NCBI GenBank assembly: GCA_963845755.1
Contig: CAWJTV010000009.1
Span: forward strand, 256,001 to 320,000
Origin: an uncultured Planctomycetota bacterium
Lineage (GTDB): Bacteria; Planctomycetota; Planctomycetia; Isosphaerales; Isosphaeraceae
Reading direction: 5' to 3'
Length of the DNA stretch: 64,000 nucleotides
Positions within the stretch are counted from its first letter, which is position 1, and each line of letters begins with the position of its first letter. The translations under genes and the position numbers were made by a program. Below are positions 9,354 through 20,900 of the stretch, piece by piece. Under the pieces are notes generated by a model that made no database searches, was not told the DNA's origin, and worked only from the letters and a program-made list of their open reading frames with translations.

Positions 9354-12300
9354 TTACTCCTGGGGGCGCCGCGAGTGGCGGCGCAGCTCGTCGATTGGGA
9401 GGTTTTCCAGGAGTGGCCCCAGGCGCCCGATCAGATCGGTGAGGGATTCGAAAGCGGCTGCGGCATCAACGAGCACGCCACCGGCTCCCATCGCCTCGAG
9501 CAGGGCGGCGGCCTGGGCCGCTCTGGCCGAGAAGGTCGAGAGCAGGCCGCGCAACTGGTGGGCCGATTCCCGCAGCCGGGCCGGGTCTTGTCGGGTGATG
9601 GACCCCTGAACTCGGGCCAGGGAACCCGCCACGTTGTTCTGGAAGACGCCGATCAGCTTGTCCAGGAGCACCGGGTCGTCGTCGCAGGCCGCGAGCAGCG
9701 CCTCGGCGTCGATCACGGAATCGGCCTCGGTCGACGCGGCAACAGGCGCCTCGGATGCCGGCCGACCGGCCCGCACGCGATCGATGACCGCGAATAGCTC
9801 CGCGGCGCGGATGGGTTTGGGCAGGTAGTCGTCCATGCCCGCCCGAAGACACCGTTCGCGATCCCCCCTCATCGAGTGGGCCGTCAGCGCGACGACCGGC
9901 AGGTGTCCTCCCGCGATCTGCTCACGATGTCGCAGTGCCTCGATCACCTGGAACCCGTCGAGTTCGGGCATCTGGATGTCGAGGAGCATCAGGTCGAACG
10001 GGCTCAGGTCCAGGGCCTCGAGGGCCTTGCGACCATCGCGCGCGATGACGACCTCGTGGCCTCGACGGCGTAGGAGATGGTCGACGAGCTGCTGGTTGAG
10101 GAGGTTATCCTCGGCCAGCAGGATCCGCAGCCGGGCCGTCGCCGGGGCCGGATCGTCGGGAGCGATGGGCGGCTCGTCCTCGGCCAGAGACCGTGCCGTG
10201 CGTTCGCTCGCAGTCTCGGTTGGTAGCGGCCGGGAGAGCACCCGGTAGATGATCTCGAGCAGCTCCTCCTGCTGGACCGGCTTCATCGCGTAAGCGCCGA
10301 TCCCCCGTTCGCGGAAGCGGGCGACCTCACCCTGGAGGTCGTCGGAGGTCAGGAGGATGATCCGGGTCCGCGGCGTGCTCCGGGCTCTGGAGGATGCGCT
10401 CGGCCAGGGCCAGGCCGTCGATCCCGGGCATCCGGGAGTCGAGCACCACCAGGGCAAACGGCCGGCCCGAGGCCGACGCACGCCACAGGGCATCGAGCGC
10501 CTCCAGGCCATCGGCGACCGCCGTCGGCTCAGTCCGCCAGCCGCGAAACCATTCCTCGAGGATGTGGCGATTGGTCGCGTTGTCGTCCACGACCAGGACG
10601 CGGAGGCCCTGGAGCTCCACCAGGGGCCGCACCAAGGGCCGATCGGGCTGGTCAACTTGCAGGCCGAACCGCGCCGTGAAATGAAACAGACTGCCCCGGC
10701 CCGGTTCGCTCTCGACACCGATCTCGCCGTGCATCAGGGCGACCAGTCGCGTCGCGATCGAGAGGCCCAGCCCCGTCCCACCGTACCGGCGGGTCAACGA
10801 GTTGTCCTCTTGCTCAAATGCCTGGAAGATCTTCTGCTGCTTGTCGAGCAGGATGCCGATGCCCGTATCGCTGACCGAGAAGCGCAGGACCTGGGATCGG
10901 CCGGATGGGCCCTCCGGCAGGCTAGGTTCCGCGCCCTCGTCGATCGGGCCGGCCTCGATGCGGACGACAACTTCACCATCCTCGGTGAACTTGATGGCGT
11001 TGCCGACGAGATTGATCAGGATCTGCCGCAGTCGTCCGGCATCGCCGAAGAGGGCATCGGGGACGTCCGGCTGAATCTGACAGACGAGCTCCAGCCCTTT
11101 CTTGTCGGCGCGGATGGCCAAGGCACGCAACGTCTCTCCCAGTATGTGCCGCAGCGAGAACCCGGCGGGGTCCAGCTCCAGCTTGCCCGCCTCGATCTTG
11201 GAGAAGTCGAGGAGGTCGTTGATCACATCGAGCAATGCATCGGCCGATGACTTGACGATCGTCAGGTACTTCTTCTGCTCCTCCGAGCGTGGGGTATCGA
11301 TGGCCAGCTCGGTCATGCCGAGGATGGCGTTCATCGGCGTGCGGATCTCATGGCTGACGTTGGCCAGGAACTCGCTCTTGGCCCTGCTGGCCGCCTCGGC
11401 CGCCTCCTTCGCCCGGCGGAGTTCGTCCTCCTGAATCTTGCGTTCGATCCCCAAGACGATTACGTCCGCCACCGACCCGAGCAACTGGAGCACGGCTTTC
11501 GGGAAAGGTCCTTGGAAATAGATAGCCAGGACCCCCCTCAGCCGGTCTTCCACGACCGGGGGGTAACCTGCGAACCCGACCATTCCCTCACGCCTGGCCC
11601 ACCCTGGGTCGCTGACGCGGGGGTCGCCGACCAGGTCGTTGGAGAGATAGGGCCGGCGACTCATGAACAATCAACCCGATCTTGAACCGGCCGACCGGGA
11701 CGCAGCTATGGGAGCCATCAATGTGTGTGTACCGGCCGGCACTAGTGCTTTGTCACAGCTAAGAATTAGGGTTGGGGGATTCTGTCCGGGCGAGCATGGT
11801 GTGAAACAGGGTGGTAGTTCGCATAAACCAAGTGAGGATCTGTGGGCTGACGGACCAGGCGTAGGATGAGTTGCTTCGTTGACTTCGTTCCCTTCTGTTC
11901 AAGGCTTGTTTGCAGTCCCATCCTGGAACAGAAGAAAACGGAGGAAACGAAGGAGAATCCCATTCACGTTTCCTCTGTGGTGAGTCGGTCCCTTGTTGCC
12001 ACCTCACCTCTCGCTCGCGACGGCCGCTGCAAAATCGCTTCCCTCAACCCGAAATCTTAGCTGTGACAAAGCACTAGCCTGTAGCACCAGCATGTCCTCC
12101 CCCGGACCGAGCGTCCAGATCCGGGCGAAGGCCGCGTCGAGGTGTTGCACCACGGCCTCGGCGCAGGGCTGGAGGATCCCCCGTAGCGAGTCGCCCCGAG
12201 TCAACGCGAGCCCCACGTCTCGGCCCAGTTCTGCCAGGCGTGCGCGCTTCGCCTCCCCCTCCTCCGCGCACTTCTGGTCTTCGATGTCGATGCAGGAACC

Positions 12301-13015
12301 AAACCACTTCGTGATCCGGCCTGAGTCGTCGCGAAGGGGCAGCGCCCGGGCGAGATGCCAACGATAGGCGCCGTCGAACCGGCGTAGCCGGTATTCGATC
12401 TCATAAAATTCGCCGGTCGCGACCGAGCGGGACCACAGCTCCCGACAGCGCGGCAGGTCGTCGGGATGGATGGTCGGTTGCCAGTTCCAGCCCCGGAGCT
12501 GCTCCGGGGTCAGGCCGGTGCACTCGGTGTTGCGGGCGTTGAAGTAGTCGTGGGCGCCGTCCGGCTCGGCGGTCCAGACCATATGCGGCAGCGCCTCAGC
12601 CAGGGTGCGGAACCGCCGCTCGCTCTCGCGCAGCGCCTCCTCGGCCCGCTTGCGGGCGGTGATATCCATCATGGCCCCGATCATCCGGGTCGCCTGGCCG
12701 TCGGCATCCCGCAGGATGTAGCCCCGGTCGTACACATCCTTGTACGACCCATCGGCGAAGCGGAACCGGTACTCGTCAACCCAGGACTGTTCCTTCCCGC
12801 GGACCACGTCGAAAAACAAAGCCTCGACCGCCTCGAGGTCTTCGGGGTGAATCCGTTCGAGCCACCAAGCCGGGTCCGCTTCGTCGTTTTCGAGGCGGTA
12901 GACGAACAACGTGAGAACGCCTACATACCACCAGACCTTGTTCGTTCCCAGGTCCCAGTCCCAAACCGTGTCGTTCGTTGCCCTCGCTAAGTTGCGGAAC
13001 CGCTGCTCGCTGGCG
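9354..13015 (-). pseudogene. Hybrid sensor histidine kinase (PAS-PAS-GAF-HisKA-HATPase-REC-REC-HPt); 5'-truncated and interrupted by a MITE
   Basis: [35 protein letters not shown], two REC domains and an HPt (AHQLRG). The GAF frame LQASAGRYTHIDG is restored when the 11742-12077 insert is removed. Confidence 0.88.
11742..12077. mobile_element. MITE with IS630-type ends, inserted at CTAG
   Basis: Terminal IR CTAGTGCTTTGTCACAGCTAAGA / TCTTAGCTGTGACAAAGCACTAG closely matches the ends of the IS630 at 53280-54507 and 61644. No transposase inside. Confidence 0.92.
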
Positions 13016-13541
13016 CGCGAGCGCGGTGACGACCTGCGCCATGCTGGTCCCCCACTATGTGCGGCGCTTCAACCGGGAGCTGGGCCGGGAGGTCCGCGAG
13101 GTGCCCACCGAGGCGATGGACCTGCTGCGCAGCTACCCCTGGCCGGGGAACATCCGCGAGCTGCAGAGCATCCTCAAGCAGGCCCTGTTGCGGGTGACCG
13201 GACCGATACTCGCCGCAGAATCCCTCCCGGCGCCCCTGTCTGTAATCGTGGACCCGTCAGGGATCGAAGGGACCGCGCCAGACCACGGTCCCGCAAGGCC
13301 TCCGGTCGAGTCATTCCTCCTCCGGCGGATGCAGGAATGCAAGGAAGACCTCTACCAGCACGTCCATTCCGAGATCGACCAGCATCTCCTTCCGCTGGTG
13401 CTTCGATCGACCGGGGGCAACCAGCTCCAGGCGGCTCGAGTCCTCGGGATTACCCGCCGGACGCTCCGGCTCAAGCTGCGCGAACTGGGCCTCTCGGTCA
13501 CGAAGACGGTCGAGGCCGCCGAGAGCGACGATGCCGATTGA
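13016..13541 (+). pseudogene. C-terminal half of a sigma54 (NtrC-type) activator: AAA lid plus Fis HTH
   Basis: RERGDDL...YPWPGNIRELQSILKQA...TGGNQLQAARVLGITRRTLRLKL; GAFTGA and REC domains are absent. Confidence 0.85.
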
Positions 13542-13882
13542 ATCGGCATCGGCGCACATGTTCTCTCTATGGAAAAAGTTGCAGACCGGCGCATCCGCCG
13601 CGCCGTGAGAATGGTCCTCGCTTGACCACGCTGGTCAGGGCGCGCCCGTCGGATCGGGCCCGCGTGTGGTCGTCGCGCCGATCGGAAGAGGCGAGACCGG
13701 CGGCAGTCGCACCAATTCGTCAGGGTTCGAGCCCGGGCGCTCCTCTCAATCCCATCAAACGCCCCACATCCGTTCGTCGCCTGAACTCGACATTGTAAAT
13801 AAACTTAAATCAGGATCCCTGCAAGCGGCGCGATGCAATCTCCGAGGGATCAATCGGGGTCGGGACTCGGTATCCCGCAAAT

Positions 13883-13898
13883 TGGCGCGCCGGATGCA
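13883..13898 (+). promoter_or_regulatory. Candidate sigma54 (-24/-12) promoter
   Basis: TGGCGCGCCGGATGCA has GG-N10-GC spacing; it lies between the activator remnant and the peroxidase gene. Confidence 0.4.
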
Positions 13899-14329
13899 AT
13901 ACGGCCCCGCACCTCGATTGCGTTCTACGGACCGGGCGAGACCGATCGTCGGCCCGGGAATGCGTTCATCTAACTGCCTGTTCGATCTCGTTGTTTCATT
14001 CCCCTGGGCTTCCTCGGTGGCCCGGGCGAGAGAGTCCTAGCGACGCGACCCGAGCGTCGCGAAAAGCCGGGCTCCCTCCCTCCGTCGGCCGCCGCGTCGA
14101 GCGATGCCCCGATCGATCCGCGGATGTATCGATGCCGCGGCCCGTCGGCGTCCGTATAGTCCGCATCGCCGGATCGTCCCGGCGATGCACCCGCCCATCC
14201 CGCCGCCGGGTTGGGCACGGCCGGCTCGCGCACCGGGCCGGGCTGCGGCAGGAACCGCGCATCAGGCCCCTCTCGGCAGGGGCCGAACTCCCCACCTTCT
14301 TTGATCGATGTATTCTGAGGAATTCAACG

Positions 14330-15846
14330 ATGGAAAAGCGTAGATCAGTCGCCGGGGCGCGAGTCATGATCGGCTCCGCCCTCGCCGTCGGGTTGCTCCT
14401 GTTCCCCAGCCCCAGCCCGGGGCAGATCTTCGGGCCGGTCCCCCCGCCCAAGCAGCCGCCCAATATCGTGCCGCTGACGCCCGTCGAGCAGCTCGGTAAG
14501 GACATCCTCTACGACCACACCCTGTCGAATCCGACGGGCTATGCCTGCTTCACCTGCCACGTCCCCGAGGCGGGCTTCACGGGGCCGCGTCTCGGAGATC
14601 AATGCGCTCGCCGGCCCGTACCCGGGCGTCGTCCCCGGCCGGTTCGGCAAGCGCAAGCCCCAGACCTACGCCATGACCGCGTTCAGCCCCATCGGCCCCT
14701 ACTACGACGCGAACGTGGGGGTGTACATCGGGGGCACCTTCTGGGACGGTCGCACCCCAGACGAGTCGCACCAGGCGAGGGAGCCTTTCCTCGATCCGGA
14801 CGAGATGGCCAACATCCCGGGGAACGGGATCTATCCTCCAGTCGCCGGCGGATATTCCCCTCTCGTCGTCCAGAAGGTCCAATCGCGGCCCTACACCCAC
14901 CTGTTCAAGAAGCTGTACGGCAAGGACGTGTTCACCAAATACACCGTCCCGCAGGTCTACACGATCATCACCGACGCCATCGCGGCCTACGAGGCCTCGG
15001 CCGAGGTCAACCCCTTCAACTCGAAGTACGACGCCTCGAAGTATGGCACGCCGCCGCAGAAGCTCTACACGCTCTCCGCGTCCGAGGAGCGCGGGCGGAT
15101 CCTCTACGGGGTCGGGCCGAACCCGAAGAACGATCCGAACTTCGGCGGGGCTCAATGCTTCCAGTGCCATTCCTCTGCGACGCTCGCCATCGTCCAGGCC
15201 GAGACCGAGGGGAAAGAGACCTTCACGATGTTTTGCTATGCCAACATCGGCGTCCCCAAGAACCCCAACAACCCCTTCTACGAGGAGACAGATCCCACCG
15301 ACAATCCCCACGGGTATAACCCCCTGGGGACCAAGTTTATCGACTGGGGCCTCGGCCTCAACCCGAACCCCGCCCCCGACGGGACCAGGTTCTACAACAA
15401 TACCCCGGGCGACATCCTCCAAGTTCCGCGGGCTGTTCAAGGCCCCGAGCGTGCGCAACTCGGACAAGCGGCCGTATCCGACGTTCGTGAAGTCGTACAT
15501 GCACAACGGCGTCTTCAAGAGCCTCGAGGAGGTCGTCCACTTCTACAACAAGCGGAACATCGCCGTGAACGCCAATGGCGATCAGGTCGCCTTCGACCTC
15601 CGCGTGGGGCCACCGTCAGGATACACGGCGATCTGGCCGCCACCTGAGGTCCTCGACAACGTGCAGAACGTCGCGGGCTACACCCCCGCCGAGGCGGCCG
15701 CCAAGGGGACCACCGGGGTGACTGCCGAGAACGGTCAAGTGGGCAATCTCGGCCTGACTGCTTCGCAGGAGGCCGACCTGGTCAACTTCCTCAAGATCCT
15801 CAGCGACGGCTACGGCAAGCCCATCCCCGTCGGGAGCGGCGACTGA
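14330..15846 (+). CDS. Di-haem cytochrome c peroxidase / MauG-like exported protein; two apparent frameshifts
   Basis: Signal-like N-terminus, CFTCH and CFQCH haem motifs, FWDGR, FKAPSVRN and YMHNGVFKSLEEVVHFYN. Confidence 0.88.
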
Positions 15847-15947
15847 GCGTCCGTCATGATGCAGGCCGGGACGCGGATCGGCTCGCGTCCCGGCCGAACG
15901 ATGCCGGCCCTCCCGGAACCATCGAAATCGCCCTTCGCAACGAGAGA

Positions 15948-17036
15948 ATGCTCATGTTCGGAACGATCTCGATCAAACGCGGCTCTCCGGCCACTGACGG
16001 GCACCTCGGGCTCGATCGCTCCCGAGGCTTCCCGAGATGGAAGACACCAGCCCCGGAATCGCTCGAGGAATCGACCTTCGACTCGTCTCATGACGGTCGG
16101 ACCGCGGGAGAACTCTCGGCCGGGCTGAGGATCTCTCCGTCGAAGGCCCCCTGGTCCACTCGCCAGGCCGACATCGATCGCGCACGCCGCCTCCTCGCGG
16201 CGGACCTGACCTACGTCCCTCACCCGATCTTCGACGACCCCAGCGCCCACGACGCGATCCTGGCCCCTTCGCCGGCCTCCGGGACCGCCGGGCCGGATCG
16301 GGCACTCGCGTCTTGCGACGCCGACGCGGCTCCCTTTCGAAGGACCGGGTTCCCGTCGCGCGAGCAGGAAGCCCACGTGTTCCGCAAGATGAACTACCTG
16401 AAATGTCTCGCCTGTCGGATTCGCGACCGGATCGATCCCGATTCCCCGGACCGAGTCAACCTGGACCAGATCGAACGTCTGCAAGCCGAGGCGCTGAAGC
16501 TGAAGAACCAGGTGGTCGAGACCCACATGCGGCTTGCCGTCTCGGTCGCCAAGAGGCAAGTCCGGGCCGGCTACGACCTGAGCGAACGAATCAGCGACGG
16601 CAGCTTCGCTTTGATGCAAGCCGTGGATCGCTTTGATTGTGAGCGGGGAACCCGATTCAGCACCTACGCATACTGGTCGATCCTCAACGAAGTCGCGCGC
16701 CACGACCGCAAGGCAAGGCACCATCGCCACCGGTCCTTCGGAATCGACCAGGCATCGCTCGCGGCGCCCGACTCCGAGATCGAGCGGTACGAACAGGATG
16801 ACGCCCAGGTCGGGCGGAGGGCAGCGGTCGATCGACTCCTCGGCCGACTGGACGGCCGCGAGCGCTGGATCGTCGTAAATCACAACGGCATCGGGGGCGT
16901 CCCCGAGCGGACGCTCGGCCAGATCGGCCTGGAGCTGGGGATCAGCAAGGAGCGCGTCCGCCAGATCGAGCAGCGCGCCCACGCCAAGCTCCGCGGTTTC
17001 GCGAGCCGGGAAGCGATGCAGCTCGCGGATCTCTGA
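15948..17036 (+). CDS. Alternative sigma70-family RNA polymerase sigma factor (regions 2 and 4)
   Basis: MRLAVSVAKR, LMQAVDRFDCERGTRFSTYAYWSI and TLGQIGLELGISKERVRQIEQRA. Confidence 0.9.
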   Translation: MLMFGTISIKRGSPATDGHLGLDRSRGFPRWKTPAPESLEESTFDSSHDGRTAGELSAGLRISPSKAPWSTRQADIDRARRLLAADLTYVPHPIFDDPSAHDAILAPSPASGTAGPDRALASCDADAAPFRRTGFPSREQEAHVFRKMNYLKCLACRIRDRIDPDSPDRVNLDQIERLQAEALKLKNQVVETHMRLAVSVAKRQVRAGYDLSERISDGSFALMQAVDRFDCERGTRFSTYAYWSILNEVARHDRKARHHRHRSFGIDQASLAAPDSEIERYEQDDAQVGRRAAVDRLLGRLDGRERWIVVNHNGIGGVPERTLGQIGLELGISKERVRQIEQRAHAKLRGFASREAMQLADL

Positions 17037-17129
17037 GCAACTCCGCGGAATGGATTGGACGTCGCCGGGCCTTTCGAAACGGCATGTCCCGGAAATCCAG
17101 CACCAATCCCAGCCCTTGTTCTTCGAGCG

Positions 17130-17215
17130 ATCACGAATTTTATATATTGTAACATTTATAGTAATAGATGTAATATAATGAACTGTGTGTGTTGAAAATT
17201 GTTCACAACCGAGAT
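17130..17215. promoter_or_regulatory. Strongly AT-rich intergenic island, probable promoter/UP or nucleoid-protein-binding region
   Basis: GAATTTTATATATTGTAACATTTATAGTAATAGATGTAATATAATG stands out against a GC-rich background and contains a TATAAT. Confidence 0.5.
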
Positions 17216-17421
17216 TCTCGGGGGCTGCCACCTGCTCCTCACCTGTTCCTGAGGTGGGGCGCGGGCAGTCGGGTGAACGATTCGGTACGTGCCCCGGGCC
17301 CAACCGCGCCGCCGGACCCGGGCTCGAGAAGCCGACTTCCGTCCCTTCCGGCGGCGATCGTGACCCCCTCGTCCGAGGATTTCTGCGGAGTCGCTTAGGA
17401 CCGACAGGAGATGCCGTCCCC

Positions 17422-17901
17422 ATGAGCACCAGCCCGATCGTCCCGGCCCTCGAACAACTTCTGGCCCCGTCGCCGGTCCGCGAGGCGGATACTCTGGACG
17501 ATCAGGGCCTCTTGGTTCAGCTTGAGAGCGGCACGGCGGATCGCTCGCCATGGCAATCACACCGGCGCCTCGCCGCTGGCTTGATCCGTCGGCTCGGTGG
17601 CCGTACCGAGGCCGTGCTGCGCCGCGAGCTCGACCGCTTCTTCGCCGCCCGCCCCGAGCTGAGTCACGCGGACCGAGCGGCGATCGCGCGAGCCATGTCG
17701 CGGTTCCGCAACCAGCTCCTCCACCACCCGCGGAGAACCCTCCGCGCGGCCGCGGCCACGGACCACACCGCCGGTGTCGACCCCTTGCTCGACGTCGTCC
17801 GTGGCCTCTTCGCACTGTCCGATGCGCCCCACTCCGACCGCTCTGATGCGCGCACTCCCGCGAGTCGCCCGACACGAACCTCGGCCAACTCGGCCTCGTG
17901 A
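17422..17901 (+). CDS. Small protein resembling a stand-alone glutamyl-tRNA reductase (HemA) dimerisation domain
   Basis: EAVLRRELDRFF...LSHADRAAIARAMSRFRNQLLHHPRRTLR...LLDVVRGLFAL; no catalytic or NADPH domain. RBS AGGAG upstream. Confidence 0.6.
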   Translation: MSTSPIVPALEQLLAPSPVREADTLDDQGLLVQLESGTADRSPWQSHRRLAAGLIRRLGGRTEAVLRRELDRFFAARPELSHADRAAIARAMSRFRNQLLHHPRRTLRAAAATDHTAGVDPLLDVVRGLFALSDAPHSDRSDARTPASRPTRTSANSAS

Positions 17902-17942
17902 CGACCCCCCGGCATGTTGATGAATCTGGAAGGACCGATGAA

Positions 17943-20900
17943 ATGCTTTCGACCACCTTCGCACGGGCATCGACTCGTCGCCGCGGCATCGCCCTGATCC
18001 TGGTCCTGGCGATCATCGCCCTGATGGCCCTGATCGGCGTCGTCTTCGCCACTCTCGGCGGCCAGGGCAAGATCAATGCGCGGAACTTTGCCCGCTCGGT
18101 CCTCACTCCAGGATCCGCCGAGCTGATGGACTTCGCCCTCCAGCAGTTGATCGCCGACACTGGAGACGTCCGATCGGTGCTCCGCGGCCATAGCCTGGCG
18201 CACGACATGTTCGGCAACGACGCCAGCAACAACGGTTACCTCGCCGGCAACCCCGCCAGCGGTGCTCCGTTCATCCTGACCAAGATTCAGCCCGTGGCCA
18301 ATTCCGGCGGACTCTATGACTTCCTGACGAGTATCCCGATTCCCGCCATCGATCCGACCTTCTACGGTTATAACTTCACCCGATGGACGCTCAGGCTCTC
18401 ATACACCGGCAACACCATCCCGCGGCCGGTCGACCAGACCTTCGAGATCCTCTACGACAGCTTTCAGCCCGGCGACAGGACCACGGCCTTCAGCGGCAGC
18501 AACTTCCATGTCTTCCGGGTCACGCCGATCGATGCGACGACCGCGCTCGACAACCCCACAGCCGCCGCCCAGAGCGGTCTCGGCGCCTGGCAGAACTTCC
18601 TGGTGCAGCCCCAGGCCGGCGCCGCACGGTTCGTCCTGGATGGCCGACGGCTCCGCGCCTTCAACGGACCCGGCATGGGGGCTGGCGCCGTCTACGGCAA
18701 CTTCCGGTACAACGGTGGCTTGCTCTCGGGGAATGCGACCTCCACGCAGCCCGGCGACCCCGATGCCGTGGGGATGGACGAGGATTACGACGCCTGCGAT
18801 CTTGAGAACTGGTTCCTGGCGATTCAGAGTGCCGACGGTCAGGTGATCCTCCCATCGTTCCACCGGCCGGGCATCATCCGCTACGACCCGAAGAACGGCG
18901 TCAACGACTGGGCGCGAACCAACCCGGCTGGCAACTGGTCCGACTCGGCGGCGCGGATCCTCCGGCCGGTGGCCGCCGACGGCCATGACCCGGCGACCTT
19001 CCCCGACCTCGTGCCTGACCCGGCCACCGGCAAGATCACCTTCGACGTCGATAACGATGGCGATGGCATCACCGATTCGGTCTGGCTCGACCTGGGTTAC
19101 CCGGCCCGGCCCGATGCCGGCGGCCGGCTCTCCAAGCCGCTCTTCGCCTTCCTGGTCATCGGCCTCAATGGCCGCATCCCGCTCAACACCGCCGGCAACC
19201 TGGCCGGCACGGGCGCCACGCACGCCGCGCACCTCGGCAACTCGGTCAGCGAGGTTGACCCGACCTATGCCTTGCAGAACGCCAACCAGGGCCCTGCGAT
19301 CGACGCCGATCCCTTCAACATCGCCGGCATCGGCATGCCCCCTTACACGAGCAACTCCCAGGTGGACAACGCGAGGATCGACGTCCGATTGACCCAGCTC
19401 CGCAACCTCCTGGCCGGCACGCGGCCGCAGCCGAAACCGGCCACCTCCGAGCCCCTGTTGGCCGACCCGAACGGGACGAATAACGGCGACGATAACTTCG
19501 TCTTCGGCCCCTGGCGCGAGCACCGGGGCAGGTCAACCCTATTTCATGCCGAACGGCATCGCGGACCCGGGCGATGTCCTCATCAGTACCAATCCGCCCC
19601 GGGTCCAGCGACTCAGCCCGGCCGTACCCGGTCGATGGGGCGAGGCCCTATCGATCCCCGGCGTGCCGTTCACCGCCGCCGGCGGCCAGACCGTGAACTG
19701 GGTGGCGAACCCCTACAACAACCCGGTCCGGGCGGGCTACTCCTTCGGTCCGGCCGACTGGGTCAACGGGGCGCCCGCGCCGCCGCCGACGACAACTACA
19801 ACCAGTTCGACCCCTTTCCGATCGGTCACACAGGCGAGGTTAACGACCGCGACTTCTTCGACTCCGCCGGTGGCCTGATGCTGCCCGTCGACCGGATGCG
19901 CCGGTTCGTCACGCCGGTCGACATCGACGGATCGGGCCGGGCGCTTCGCTGGGGCGTCTCCTGGCCTGCGGGCGATGTCGGGGCCGATGCGTTCGGGCGG
20001 GTCGACTTCACCGGCTATTTCCGCCCCCCCGGCGCCCGGGGCTCATCAGCGTCAACCCCAGCAGCGGGGCGACGCCGGGGGCGATCGACTATCCGTCGGC
20101 CGGCAACGATCTCTACTACACCGCCGCACCCAATCCAGCCAACGAGGTCTTCCCATCATACTTGCCCGACGTGACCAACAACCCGCTCCACGGCTTCGAG
20201 GCGGCCAAGAACCCGAACCTCCCCGCCGCGAGCGGCGGCTACTCGCCCCAGGCCATCGGCGGCATGCCCGCCGATCAGAACGTCGCCGCGGGCATCCCGG
20301 ATGCGCTACCCGACCTACGACCTCAACATCCGCACCGACGGGCTGAACGAGGCCGACGAGCTGAACCTCTACCGGCCCAATCCGCTGATGGACTCCGTCT
20401 ACGGGCCGGCCGACCTGGGATGGCTGTATCGATCGCAGGACGTCGACGCCGACTCCCTGTCGAGCCGGCTGGTCAACCTGGCCCCGGTCAGCTTCACCAA
20501 CACCATCGACGGCACGCGACGGCGCCGGCTGTTCGCGGTCGAGAGCTGGGAGGCGAACCAGTACGTCTGGGCCAACGACAACCCCCAGAATGCGTTCCCC
20601 TTCAACAGCCGGTTCGCACCGACGGCCAATGCCAGTTTCGCCACGGTCAGCGCCGCGACCGGGTCCTACGTGGCGGTGCCCTCACTGGCCCACCGCGACC
20701 GGAAGATCAACCTGAATTACCCCCTGCCGGTCTCGAACGACCCCGACGAGCTGATCCGGCAGAAATGGATCGGAGAAACCTACCAGCTCCTCAAGTGGGT
20801 CCTGTCCCCCCGGGCCGTCGATACGCCGGAAGAGTTGGCCCAGCTCAGCCAATTCGTGATCAACATCATCGATTTCCGCGACCCCGACTGCACGATGACC

